From positions 1 to 62,886 of the IMG/VR virus record IMGVR_UViG_3300017971_003303: 62,886 bases of DNA; one strand, written 5' to 3'. Both the position numbers and the translations under genes were made by a program. The notes under the pieces were generated by a model, which was given only the letters and a program-made list of their open reading frames with translations, had not been told where the DNA came from and did not search any database. Origin of the DNA: a virus. Its lineage: Duplodnaviria > Caudoviricetes. Below are positions 20,003 through 29,187 of this stretch, piece after piece; the first letter of the stretch is position 1; each line of letters starts with the position of its first letter.

Positions 20003-21207
20003 TGTTCCTCCGCAATGTTTCTAACATCTTCAATTTGTTGTGCTGACATACCATTGGTTCTATGAAATGCTTTTGGTGGTTTTTTTCCTGCTTCCAAATA
20101 TTTAGTATAGTCTCTATCTAATATTTCAATCCCGAATTCCTGTGGTTGTCTCCAAATAGGTGTTCCTGGGAAAGGTGTCATGATATAAAAATCTGCACTC
20201 GTTAAGCCTTCTTGTTTTAATCCTAATGCAAAATTTATGGTACGAGTAGCATCAGCGAGTGTTTCATTTGGGAGTCCAAACATAAAGAATCCCTTTGATT
20301 TTATTCTATATTTTGTAAGAGTCCTAACAGCATTTAAATTGTCTTGTGTTGTCATTCTTTTACTAACATCATCTAACCTTTCGTCTACACCACTCTCAAT
20401 ACCTAAACTAACCCAGGAACATCCAGCTTGTGATAAATTTCTTACTAAATCATCATCTAACATATTTGCTCTTGTAGTTAATCTAAATCTTATATCTTCA
20501 TCTCCTATTTTATCTAGTAGTCCTAATGTTCTTCGTCTATTAGTAGTAAATGCATCATCCAAAAAGTAAATATCTCTAAAACCATATTCTTTTAATTGTC
20601 TAATATCTCTTGTAACATAGTCATCAGTGTGATATCTAACTCTTCTATTCATATTACCACAAAATATACATCCATTGGCACATCCTCTACTAGTTATAGA
20701 TGTACTAGCTTTTCTTCCATCTTGTCTAAATGTATAATCAGCCATGTTAACAAATTCTCTTCCTGGTATTGCCATCCTTCTCAAATTAGTAGGATTTGGT
20801 GTGACTACTTTATTTGGTAGACCATGTTTAATCATTACAGGGGTAATTTCTTCACCTTCACCTACTACAACAGTATTAAAATAAGGAGATAATGTTTGTG
20901 GCATAGCTGTTGCATGATATCCTCCAGCTATAGTTCTAATACCTCTACTAGCACACATTTGACCAAGTCTTACTGCTTCTGGATAAACAGGTGATGTATA
21001 AACACTCACACCAACATATTCAGGTGTTTTATTATCTAATTCATATACTAATCTTTCCATACTACAATGGTCCATATCTCTTACTCTTACTTTAATACCA
21101 GCTTCTTTTAAACTACTAGCTATTGACAATAAACCTATTGGAGGTCTATCACCTGCATTAGTTAGTATATCTCTACTACTTGGATTTATTAACATTACAT
21201 CTGACAT
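19987..21207 (-). CDS. B12-binding radical SAM enzyme (class B methyltransferase-like)
   Basis: PPIGLLSIAS, GGYHAT, VGEGE, TSRGCANGCIFC, GIESG, PFPGT. Confidence 0.92.
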   Translation of the reverse strand: MSDVMLINPSSRDILTNAGDRPPIGLLSIASSLKEAGIKVRVRDMDHCSMERLVYELDNKTPEYVGVSVYTSPVYPEAVRLGQMCASRGIRTIAGGYHATAMPQTLSPYFNTVVVGEGEEITPVMIKHGLPNKVVTPNPTNLRRMAIPGREFVNMADYTFRQDGRKASTSITSRGCANGCIFCGNMNRRVRYHTDDYVTRDIRQLKEYGFRDIYFLDDAFTTNRRRTLGLLDKIGDEDIRFRLTTRANMLDDDLVRNLSQAGCSWVSLGIESGVDERLDDVSKRMTTQDNLNAVRTLTKYRIKSKGFFMFGLPNETLADATRTINFALGLKQEGLTSADFYIMTPFPGTPIWRQPQEFGIEILDRDYTKYLEAGKKPPKAFHRTNGMSAQQIEDVRNIAEEQWKNS

Positions 21208-22364
21208 TTTTTAATCAACCCATCCCATTGTTTTATAACAGTATTCCATGTATAATTTTTCTTAACCTTTTCAACACCCCTTCTTCCTAATGTTTGTCTT
21301 AATCTTTTATCATTATATAATACTTCTAGAGCTTCTGCTGCTTTGTCTATATCCATAACACCTCTCTCCACATTCCAACTTCCTGTTAAATCTGTCACGA
21401 TAGGAACAGGAATACCACATTGTCCATCGTCCATCAGTAGTTCTTGAGTTGTAGTGAAATCAGTAACTACAGAAGGAATACCAGCACCAGCAGCCTCTAT
21501 AGTTGGTACACCAAATCCTTCGCCTGATGTAGACAAGAAAAATACATCCATAAGATTATATATTTCATTCATATCCTCATAATTAAACCCCTTATAAAAA
21601 CTCATACCACTCCATATTACTCTATTTTGTATGCCCAATCTTTTTACTAGCTCCATGCTATCAAAAACAGCGGCTCCATCATATGGGTCAGAGTGACAAA
21701 ATAAAACTACGTCTTGATGATTTTTAGCAAACTTAGCAAAAGCTTTAAACATTCTATCCGGCATTTTTCTTCCTTGATTTCTATAAACACTTCCTACTAC
21801 AAACTTATCGTGTAAATTCCATTTTTGTTTTATTAATAATCTTTGAGAATTTGTTAATGGTTTGTATACTGAAGTATCAATAGCATGTGGAATATAATGT
21901 GAATTAATATTATATAAATCATGTGCTTGTTTTTGTGCAAATTTACTCATAGCTACTGGTACGTTACATTTTCTTAAAATACCATCACATCTTAATGGTA
22001 AACCCCCTTCACCATCTGAAGGATAGTAAAAAATAGTTTTTGCAGGAGCATAATCTAATTGCATGTACCAAGGATATAACATAAATGTATCTAATAACAC
22101 TCCAAAGAAATCTGGTTTTAATTCTCTTATCCTTGGAACTAGTAAATCCTTTGAGTAAGGTTCTTTTCCTGTGCCCATAGTGGTAAATTTTAGTTCTCTT
22201 CCATCCTCAAACTTAACATAAGGTATATTTTGTCCAACGTAGTTATGACCTTGATAATAACATTCATGTCCTAAATCTGTCAAACCATTTAATATATTAC
22301 TAGAAATTGTTGCAAATCCAGTACAAGTAAACGGGCTATCTGACAACCACATAATTTTTGCCAT
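21195..22364 (-). CDS. Glycosyltransferase, GT4
   Basis: SDSP..TGFA, IPHAID, RNQGRK, EGFGVPTIEAAGAGIP. Confidence 0.92.
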   Translation of the reverse strand: MAKIMWLSDSPFTCTGFATISSNILNGLTDLGHECYYQGHNYVGQNIPYVKFEDGRELKFTTMGTGKEPYSKDLLVPRIRELKPDFFGVLLDTFMLYPWYMQLDYAPAKTIFYYPSDGEGGLPLRCDGILRKCNVPVAMSKFAQKQAHDLYNINSHYIPHAIDTSVYKPLTNSQRLLIKQKWNLHDKFVVGSVYRNQGRKMPDRMFKAFAKFAKNHQDVVLFCHSDPYDGAAVFDSMELVKRLGIQNRVIWSGMSFYKGFNYEDMNEIYNLMDVFFLSTSGEGFGVPTIEAAGAGIPSVVTDFTTTQELLMDDGQCGIPVPIVTDLTGSWNVERGVMDIDKAAEALEVLYNDKRLRQTLGRRGVEKVKKNYTWNTVIKQWDGLIKKCQM

Positions 22365-22600
22365 TATACAATAACTTTTATAGGTTCCTCCTTCTTAATA
22401 TGTCCACATCCACTTTCTAAAATTATAGAAGTACCACTTGTCCTTATACTAAAAAAACAATTGTGATATTCAAAAGCAATTTCTTTAGGAATTGTCATTC
22501 CATAAACATCACCAGTTTTATTATTAGTCACTAATTTCCTTAATTTCCTAAATAATGACGGACTTCTTCTAAAATTAAATACCCTCTCATCTGTAACCAT
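22364..22600 (-). CDS. Putative AbrB/SpoVT-like DNA-binding protein heading the glycan cluster
   Basis: RKL...YGMTIPKEIA swapped-hairpin pattern. Confidence 0.5.
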   Translation of the reverse strand: MVTDERVFNFRRSPSLFRKLRKLVTNNKTGDVYGMTIPKEIAFEYHNCFFSIRTSGTSIILESGCGHIKKEEPIKVIV

Positions 22601-22627
22601 AAGCACTCTTTTTATTAAATTATATAA

Positions 22628-22888
22628 TTATAAGACTTTATAAATCTTTTGTTTTCCATTACTTTTGAGCAATATCAACATATCCATAATTCTTTCTTTG
22701 TCTTCTTGTAATTTTGTAAATGGGTTATGTCCATTAGCATAATTAATATTAAATGCAATAACTCTATTTATACTTTTCAATCTTCTTTCTAATCCTTTCT
22801 GTAGTTTTAACTTTTGTTCACTAGACATTGTTTTTATTCTCTTCCTCAGTTTTTTCAAGGTTAAGTTATTATATGGTCTAATTTTCAT
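22628..22888 (-). CDS. Basic hypothetical protein
   Basis: ATGA overlap with the primase stop. Confidence 0.5.
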   Translation of the reverse strand: MKIRPYNNLTLKKLRKRIKTMSSEQKLKLQKGLERRLKSINRVIAFNINYANGHNPFTKLQEDKERIMDMLILLKSNGKQKIYKVL

Positions 22889-23856
22889 TTATATATATCC
22901 TTTCCGTAAAACTGGCACTTCCCTACACATAATCCATCTTGGATAATTTTTTCACATTTCGGAAATACAATATCATGTCTATCGTATATATATTGTAGCT
23001 GTTTTTCCTCTTTAATACAATGATAAAACTTCCTATCAGATAAACACCTCTTTAGTGTATCTGCCGCTTCCTCTATTAAAAATCCCCTTTCCCTAAGATA
23101 TAAAATAAGTAAGTATCTCTCTTTCCAACCAGCATCAGGTGTATTTATAATTCTCCTTACACAATCAGGACAATTTTCTATTACTCTTTCCTCAATCATA
23201 TTTTTATTAACTTCTAAATCTACACAAAATTTAAAATCTAATCTTGGTTTACTATCAAATTGACTAATATTAAATAATTCTTTTCCAATAAAAATATTTT
23301 TAACAAAATTTTGTCTATTCGCTAATCTCCTAATATAGTGATTTCCTCTTTCCAACTGGTCTTGATTTAAAGGAATACAGAATCTTCCTGCTATTGGATG
23401 GTATGTATTAGGAATCCTGGCAAGTTGTGCAGTATTACCAATAACTTGTGGGTCAACAATCAATTTAAGTTTATCTATAAAATATTTTTGTGCTTGTTTT
23501 ATAGCATGTCTTTTATATTTTAATCTTGCTTGTTTACAATGAACATATAAATGATATCCTCTTCCTGACATAACTACAGAATGTTTTAAATTTTTCTCTT
23601 CACAAAATCTATGCAATTTTATCATGTTGAAATGAGCATCACAACTCTTATCATCAAAATCAAAATATATTTTATCTATTACTGCACTATCATAATCAGG
23701 TTTGAAGTTCTCTTTAATTTTTTTAAACCAATATATTGATGAATATATAGCTTTCTTTTTACCATTATGAACGTTAATATAATTCAAATACTCCTTTAAA
23801 TTATATACTGTCTTACGAGGTGGTCCTACTTCACGAGGGAATCGATTGAATAACAT
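22885..23856 (-). CDS. Archaeo-eukaryotic primase, PriS catalytic domain fused to a PriL-like Fe-S C-terminal domain
   Basis: YFDFD, SGRGYH, RIPNT; C-terminal CPDC...R..L..YL...C...C cluster. Confidence 0.85.
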   Translation of the reverse strand: MLFNRFPREVGPPRKTVYNLKEYLNYINVHNGKKKAIYSSIYWFKKIKENFKPDYDSAVIDKIYFDFDDKSCDAHFNMIKLHRFCEEKNLKHSVVMSGRGYHLYVHCKQARLKYKRHAIKQAQKYFIDKLKLIVDPQVIGNTAQLARIPNTYHPIAGRFCIPLNQDQLERGNHYIRRLANRQNFVKNIFIGKELFNISQFDSKPRLDFKFCVDLEVNKNMIEERVIENCPDCVRRIINTPDAGWKERYLLILYLRERGFLIEEAADTLKRCLSDRKFYHCIKEEKQLQYIYDRHDIVFPKCEKIIQDGLCVGKCQFYGKDIYK

Positions 23857-24562
23857 TTTTATAACTAGGACAATCATCCTTAAACTGACATGTATTACAA
23901 TAACAATTTAACTTAGGTTCACGATTTATTTCCATATCTTTTCTAACTTGTTTTATAGTCTTAAATGTTCTATCTATGTATTTGTTTTTAACTTCTTCAA
24001 AAAATAATTTGTCTTGGTCTACAAAATAAATTCCCCAGTATTTAACTTTATTTTCAGAAAAACATCCTCTGTCAAATAACTCCTTATAGATTGCTAACTC
24101 AAATCTATAGTCGTCAAATTTTTCTGGATAATATCTTCCTGTTTTCCAATCAATAATTATAATTCCATTATCTTTTGGATTCATATAAACAGCATCTATA
24201 AATCCTCTCAATTTTAAGTCATCATCCTCAACTGCCAACTCCTGAAATATTGGTTTAAAGTATTTTGGGTCAAAGTTACCTTTTTCATCAACACACATCT
24301 TAATCCTTTTATTTTCAAAATCTAAGAACTTTGTTATAACACTCATATCTTTTTTAGGTTTTATTTCAGGAATTTTTGTATTTTCTCTAGATATGAGCTG
24401 AATATTTTTGTAGAAGTTTTGTATTTCTTCATGAATCTTTATTCCCCTTTCCTGTGCCTTACTAGGTTTAGATTTAATACCATCTATGTAAATCTTTTTC
24501 CATTTAAAAGGACATTGGAGATATAAATTAATCTGACTTTTGCTTAATCTTCTTTTCACCAT
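23831..24562 (-). CDS. Cas4-like PD-(D/E)XK exonuclease
   Basis: LSKSQINLYLQCP, G..IH, GFIDAV, IIDWKTG, C-terminal CxxCxxxxxC. Confidence 0.88.
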   Translation of the reverse strand: MVKRRLSKSQINLYLQCPFKWKKIYIDGIKSKPSKAQERGIKIHEEIQNFYKNIQLISRENTKIPEIKPKKDMSVITKFLDFENKRIKMCVDEKGNFDPKYFKPIFQELAVEDDDLKLRGFIDAVYMNPKDNGIIIIDWKTGRYYPEKFDDYRFELAIYKELFDRGCFSENKVKYWGIYFVDQDKLFFEEVKNKYIDRTFKTIKQVRKDMEINREPKLNCYCNTCQFKDDCPSYKNVIQSIPS

Positions 24563-26811
24563 AGACCCATTTGTTTAAGAGTATCCTCAAACCTAACCTC
24601 CTTCTTTTTCTTTTTTCCTGGAAGTATCAAATATTTATAATCCCATCCTAAACTCTGATACAAAGGTCCCACTTTCATATCAACTATCCTCATAATCATC
24701 TTGTCGTAATCTATTTGATATCCATCCCACATATAACTTCCTGATTTGAATGCAACTACATTATCATAAGAATTTTTTATAAACACATACTTAATCTTAT
24801 CGCCTTGTTGAATTTGCGCATTATGATGTTTATTTGCATTTCTAGCGGCTCTTACATGGATTGTATTTCCATAACTATCCAAATTTTTACTTATAGATAT
24901 TGGTAAGGCAAAATCCTCAACCTCAAACTTTGTTTTAATTTTTAATTTAAAATCTTCTATATATTTATCAATTTCTTCCTTACTTTTTTCATAGCACAAC
25001 ATTTTTAAAACTTCTCTTATAAATACCCTTCCAACTCTTGGACTATCACTTCTTTTACTTTCAAAACCGACAACTGAAAACTTATCTACATACTCTCCAT
25101 CTTCCCAAATTATCCTTCCTGCATATCTCTTTTTAGCACCTTCACCACATGCTTTCCTCTTAAATAAAACTGTTTTATATACTTTCTCAAATTCTAATTT
25201 AAAAATATTATTTTTATCCTCAACACCTAATTTTTTAAAATATGTTTTGAAGTAATTATTTATATCATTGTTTAAAGATATGAAATCGTTAATAGACTTT
25301 TCTCCCATTTCTATAAAACAACTATCAGTATCACCATAAACAATTTTTAATCCTTTTTCTTCAAACCACTTATGTACTTCTTTTATAATTTTCCTAGCCA
25401 TATAAGTTATTGTTTCAGCAACCTTACCTTTAAACAATCTAAATAAAGGAAAACCTAACACACCATAAAAACTATTTGCTATTGTCTTTAAAGCATATTG
25501 AGTCATCCATAATGTTTTATACTCCCTACTATTTTTATCTAATACTTTCATTTTGTCTTTTACTTCTTTCCTTTCATCCAAAAGAGGTTTAACTATTGAT
25601 GGGATTAGTCCTGGTTCTCTTTTGTAATAAAACTTATCGTCTATATTTAAACATCCTTCCTCTCTCTCTTGTAAATATGTTTCATAAGAGGTATTAAATC
25701 CTATCATGATACTTGGATATAGGCTTTTCATATCCATAACAGCTATGTTTTTATGAATCTTTGGTTCACTATCATGAACAAATCCTCCTTCATACTTTAA
25801 TCTTTTATTTTTTTGTACTGAAGGAAGAATATATTTACCTTTGACTGTACGAAGACATAGACAATCTGCTATTTTTGAATTCATAAATACATCCTCAAAC
25901 TTACAAAAACAAAGTCTTCTTAACTCATCAAAAAAATCAACTATCCTTAATTTTTCATTTAACAATACCATTAATTCAACATCTTTTTTATTATATAATA
26001 AAAATTTTTCAATATCTGTTTTATATAAATCATCTAATTCACCTTTGTATTTTTCTTTTTCTCCTACATTTTCATATTGACTTATATAATCTAAACTCCA
26101 ACTCTCCCTTCCTTGTCCTGCAGTAATCTTTTTGTATCCTTGAAGAAGGTCAAAACAAATTCTTCCAAAAACTTTTGTTGTGTAGTGATTTTTGAATCTA
26201 TGTTTTATTGCATAACATTTTTGTTCTATTCGCCCCAGTTTATTATTGTTTATTCCTAGATTTTGTAATCGGTTGATTATGAATGGAAAGTCAAAACCAT
26301 CACCATTCCAAGCAATAAACATGTCTGGGTCTTTTTCTTTTACATAGTTTATAAAAGCCATTAACATTCTTTTTTCATTATTGTGAGTTTTACCTAAACA
26401 AACTTGCCAATATTTTTTATCAAAACTATCATAACATCCTATACATATGATTGGATTGTTGGCTTTTTCTGGTGATTCATAACCTTTTTCTGTTTTTGCA
26501 ATTTCTATATCTATATAGCAAATTCTAATTTCGTCTTGTTCTATCTTATCAAAATTATCTATTATAAAACGATTTGTATAAACTATATCTGCTTCATGAT
26601 GATTTTCGTAGTTATCTCTAACTTTCTTAACATGTTTTGGGTCCTTAGTGAATACTTTTTTTAGACTTACTCCTGATATTGATTTGTGTTTGCCTTCATA
26701 ATGTTCGTAGTAGAAGTATGGCTTAAAATTAACTTTATTTTCGTGTAGTACTCTTTGTTTGTCTCTACCATAAATATATATTTTGGAACCTATATTTTCT
26801 ATTGTTATCAT
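24556..26811 (-). CDS. polB: Family B DNA polymerase with 3'-5' exonuclease
   Basis: DIE, NGDGFD, YNKKD; DMKSLYPS, KTIANSFYG, YGDTDS. Confidence 0.97.
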   Translation of the reverse strand: MITIENIGSKIYIYGRDKQRVLHENKVNFKPYFYYEHYEGKHKSISGVSLKKVFTKDPKHVKKVRDNYENHHEADIVYTNRFIIDNFDKIEQDEIRICYIDIEIAKTEKGYESPEKANNPIICIGCYDSFDKKYWQVCLGKTHNNEKRMLMAFINYVKEKDPDMFIAWNGDGFDFPFIINRLQNLGINNNKLGRIEQKCYAIKHRFKNHYTTKVFGRICFDLLQGYKKITAGQGRESWSLDYISQYENVGEKEKYKGELDDLYKTDIEKFLLYNKKDVELMVLLNEKLRIVDFFDELRRLCFCKFEDVFMNSKIADCLCLRTVKGKYILPSVQKNKRLKYEGGFVHDSEPKIHKNIAVMDMKSLYPSIMIGFNTSYETYLQEREEGCLNIDDKFYYKREPGLIPSIVKPLLDERKEVKDKMKVLDKNSREYKTLWMTQYALKTIANSFYGVLGFPLFRLFKGKVAETITYMARKIIKEVHKWFEEKGLKIVYGDTDSCFIEMGEKSINDFISLNNDINNYFKTYFKKLGVEDKNNIFKLEFEKVYKTVLFKRKACGEGAKKRYAGRIIWEDGEYVDKFSVVGFESKRSDSPRVGRVFIREVLKMLCYEKSKEEIDKYIEDFKLKIKTKFEVEDFALPISISKNLDSYGNTIHVRAARNANKHHNAQIQQGDKIKYVFIKNSYDNVVAFKSGSYMWDGYQIDYDKMIMRIVDMKVGPLYQSLGWDYKYLILPGKKKKKEVRFEDTLKQMGLW

Positions 26812-27908
26812 ATTAATAACTCTTGTTGTTTAGTTTCATCCTTTTTAAAACTCATTCTATACTTATCACATGTCTTTTCAAATCCCATTTTATCACAATC
26901 GTCAATAAAGTTTAATGCTTCCATCACTCTTTTATTGGGATTTATTGTTTCTTTAACTATTTCTGTATACTTGTCTTTTCTTAATGAGTCTAAAAATATA
27001 TTTGTTTTTAACATACTCCATAAATTATGTGCAATAAACCATCTTCCTACTAATACTTCATTTTGTTTTAATAGTTCATTATAGTCTATTTTTTGACAAA
27101 CAGGACAACAGCAGAATGATTTTGTGAAATGAAAATCCTTTGTTATGGATATAATTTTATCTGAGGATATAGGATTATAACAATTCCATCTACTAGCACC
27201 ATTTAAGGCGTTAGAGGAGTCGAATGTGGTTATACTATTTCTTATTAATATTATCATTCTATTAAAACTACCAATACCTAGGAAGTGAACATAACATCCT
27301 TTATCAATAAAATATTTTTTTGCGTGAGATGAAGAAAGAGCTAAATATAATATATCATCAGTTTTTGCTGCGTATACTATTCCTCCAGGAAATGCTTTAC
27401 TATACTTGTCAAGACCCAGTTTCTCATCAATTATTTTTAAGTTATAATCTAATTGGTCTTTGGATTTACCATGAAGTATATAACAAAATCTCTTATGATA
27501 CTCTGGATAATTGTCTCTTAGGAATCTTGCTTGCATTAAAGCAATATCAAAATTCTTTTCAATTATTTCCTTAATCTTTTCATCAGTATGGTATGTAAAT
27601 TTACTACCTCTTTGCTGTTTAACTGGGGGTGTATCAAATGAAAATATTTTGGTTGCATTTAGGGATATTTGTTTTAATAGTGATTCCTTCCAATCCATTT
27701 TACATTGTCCAGATATCACTTGAAATCCTCCTGAATCTGTAAGTAAAAATGTATCTGGTCTCATCAATGGTTTTAATTTTTCTGGTTCTATTGTTTGAAG
27801 ATTTATAAGTACATTCGGATAATAGAATGGTGAATCGTCTTTCCACCAATGTACATTATCATTAATGGCATACCAAACATTATGTACTGGTATGTATCTA
27901 CTCTTCAT
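26808..27908 (-). CDS. dpdA: TGT-fold guanine transglycosylase (DpdA-like; 7-deazaguanine insertion)
   Basis: TDSGGFQ, VHFLG, FDSS, CxCxxC...HN zinc motif; between queC and polB; start placed at ATG 27908 (ATGA overlap). Confidence 0.8.
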   Translation of the reverse strand: MKSRYIPVHNVWYAINDNVHWWKDDSPFYYPNVLINLQTIEPEKLKPLMRPDTFLLTDSGGFQVISGQCKMDWKESLLKQISLNATKIFSFDTPPVKQQRGSKFTYHTDEKIKEIIEKNFDIALMQARFLRDNYPEYHKRFCYILHGKSKDQLDYNLKIIDEKLGLDKYSKAFPGGIVYAAKTDDILYLALSSSHAKKYFIDKGCYVHFLGIGSFNRMIILIRNSITTFDSSNALNGASRWNCYNPISSDKIISITKDFHFTKSFCCCPVCQKIDYNELLKQNEVLVGRWFIAHNLWSMLKTNIFLDSLRKDKYTEIVKETINPNKRVMEALNFIDDCDKMGFEKTCDKYRMSFKKDETKQQELLI

Positions 27909-28546
27909 TTCTGGGATTTTGGGCTGCATGTTATTTTTGTATAGTCTACATGGGATTCCCAAGCTTTTGAGTTATGAGGAACATTTAGATTACCCCATGT
28001 TAAAACTTCATATAATTTATCATAATCTTTTAGGAAGTCAGGAAATCTTAATAATATATAATCTATACCATACTCTAGTACTCTTTGTAAACTATCGTAG
28101 AAATTTTGTTTTAATTCATTTGGAGTTTGTTGTAATAATTTATGGTCACCAGAAAATCTTTGTTGTCTTTCAGATGTTTTACGTTTACTTTCTACCACCT
28201 CTTCCATATTTCTTGATAGTATTAAAAGTTTATCTCTATTACCTCTTTGGGTATACCAATGTGTTACAAATTCTGGTCTCATTAACAGGAAAGAAAATTT
28301 TTGTACTTCAAATTCTAAATCACTTAATGGTGTAAATTGTCTATCACCTATACTAGCATTAAAGTCAATGAATGGGAATGTAGTATCATTTAAATGTTGT
28401 TGATAACTTTTACAAATATCAGGACTCTCTAGTCCACCATTTATTTCCGAATGCCAGAACTCTGTACCAAAATCATAACCTTGTTCTTTAAGGAATTTTG
28501 ATAACATACTACTTCCTGTTCTTTGAGTACCACATATAACTAACAT
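27905..28546 (-). CDS. Sulfotransferase-fold P-loop protein
   Basis: N-terminal ICGTQRTGSSMLS (5'-PSB-like), LSRN..EVVES (3'-PB-like), LRFPDFL. Confidence 0.7.
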   Translation of the reverse strand: MLVICGTQRTGSSMLSKFLKEQGYDFGTEFWHSEINGGLESPDICKSYQQHLNDTTFPFIDFNASIGDRQFTPLSDLEFEVQKFSFLLMRPEFVTHWYTQRGNRDKLLILSRNMEEVVESKRKTSERQQRFSGDHKLLQQTPNELKQNFYDSLQRVLEYGIDYILLRFPDFLKDYDKLYEVLTWGNLNVPHNSKAWESHVDYTKITCSPKSQK

Positions 28547-29187
28547 TATTCATTTCCCTTAATTTTATTATTATAAATATTAAATGCTTCTATTCTCTCT
28601 TTACAACTTCCACATTTATTACAAGGTTCTTTACCACCTTTATAGCAAGTCCATGTCATCCCATATGGTACTTTTAATTTTATTCCAATGTTAATAATTT
28701 CCCATTTCTTTAATTTGTTAAAAGGACTTAATATTGTTACGTAATTATATGTTCCTTCTGCTGATGCCATTGACATTGATTTTATAAATGATTCTCTACA
28801 ATCAGGATAAATAGTATAATCTCCAGCATGACTTCCAATAAGTACACTATTGGCTTTAATATTTTCTGCATAACCAACAGCATAAGAGAGCATAATTCCA
28901 TTTCTAAAAGGTACTACAGTTGATTTCATACTTTCATCCTCATAGTGTCCTTCTGGTATTTTTTTATCTGAGTCTAGTAAGGATGAATTAAAACAACTAA
29001 AATCTAATTTTATAATTTTATGTTTAATATTGAGATGTGAGCAATTCCATTTAGCAAACTCAAGTTCCTTTTTATGTTTTTGTCCATAGTCAAAACTAAG
29101 AGCTTCTACTTCTTCGTATTGCTCCTTAGCCCAATACAAAAGAGTAGTACTATCTAAACCCCCACTTAAAATTACTATTGCTTTCAT
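28546..29187 (-). CDS. queC: 7-cyano-7-deazaguanine (preQ0) synthase
   Basis: SGGLDS, DYGQKH, VPFRN, YPDCR, TWTCY...C..C..C. Confidence 0.97.
   Translation of the reverse strand: MKAIVILSGGLDSTTLLYWAKEQYEEVEALSFDYGQKHKKELEFAKWNCSHLNIKHKIIKLDFSCFNSSLLDSDKKIPEGHYEDESMKSTVVPFRNGIMLSYAVGYAENIKANSVLIGSHAGDYTIYPDCRESFIKSMSMASAEGTYNYVTILSPFNKLKKWEIINIGIKLKVPYGMTWTCYKGGKEPCNKCGSCKERIEAFNIYNNKIKGNE

Noticed and set aside
7978-22364. Glycan cluster as host chromosomal DNA or a chimeric join
   Set aside because: Continuous with the viral replication operon, same apparent GATC avoidance, shares the viral palindromic motif, and its partner gmhA is embedded among head genes
23831-24562. Cas4-like gene as evidence of a CRISPR system
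   Set aside because: No repeat-spacer array or other cas genes seen; stand-alone Cas4-like nucleases are common in viral replication modules
27909-27962. Longer N-terminus of the DpdA-like ORF given in the track
   Set aside because: Overlaps the sulfotransferase-like gene; ATG 27908 gives the ATGA coupling used throughout the operon
27865-28335. 156-aa plus-strand ORF and the other short antisense ORFs in the track (e.g. 430-789, 8369-8674, 17400-17750, 20237-20569, 42225-42593, 48738-49052)
   Set aside because: They lie opposite well-supported genes and show no motifs or RBS
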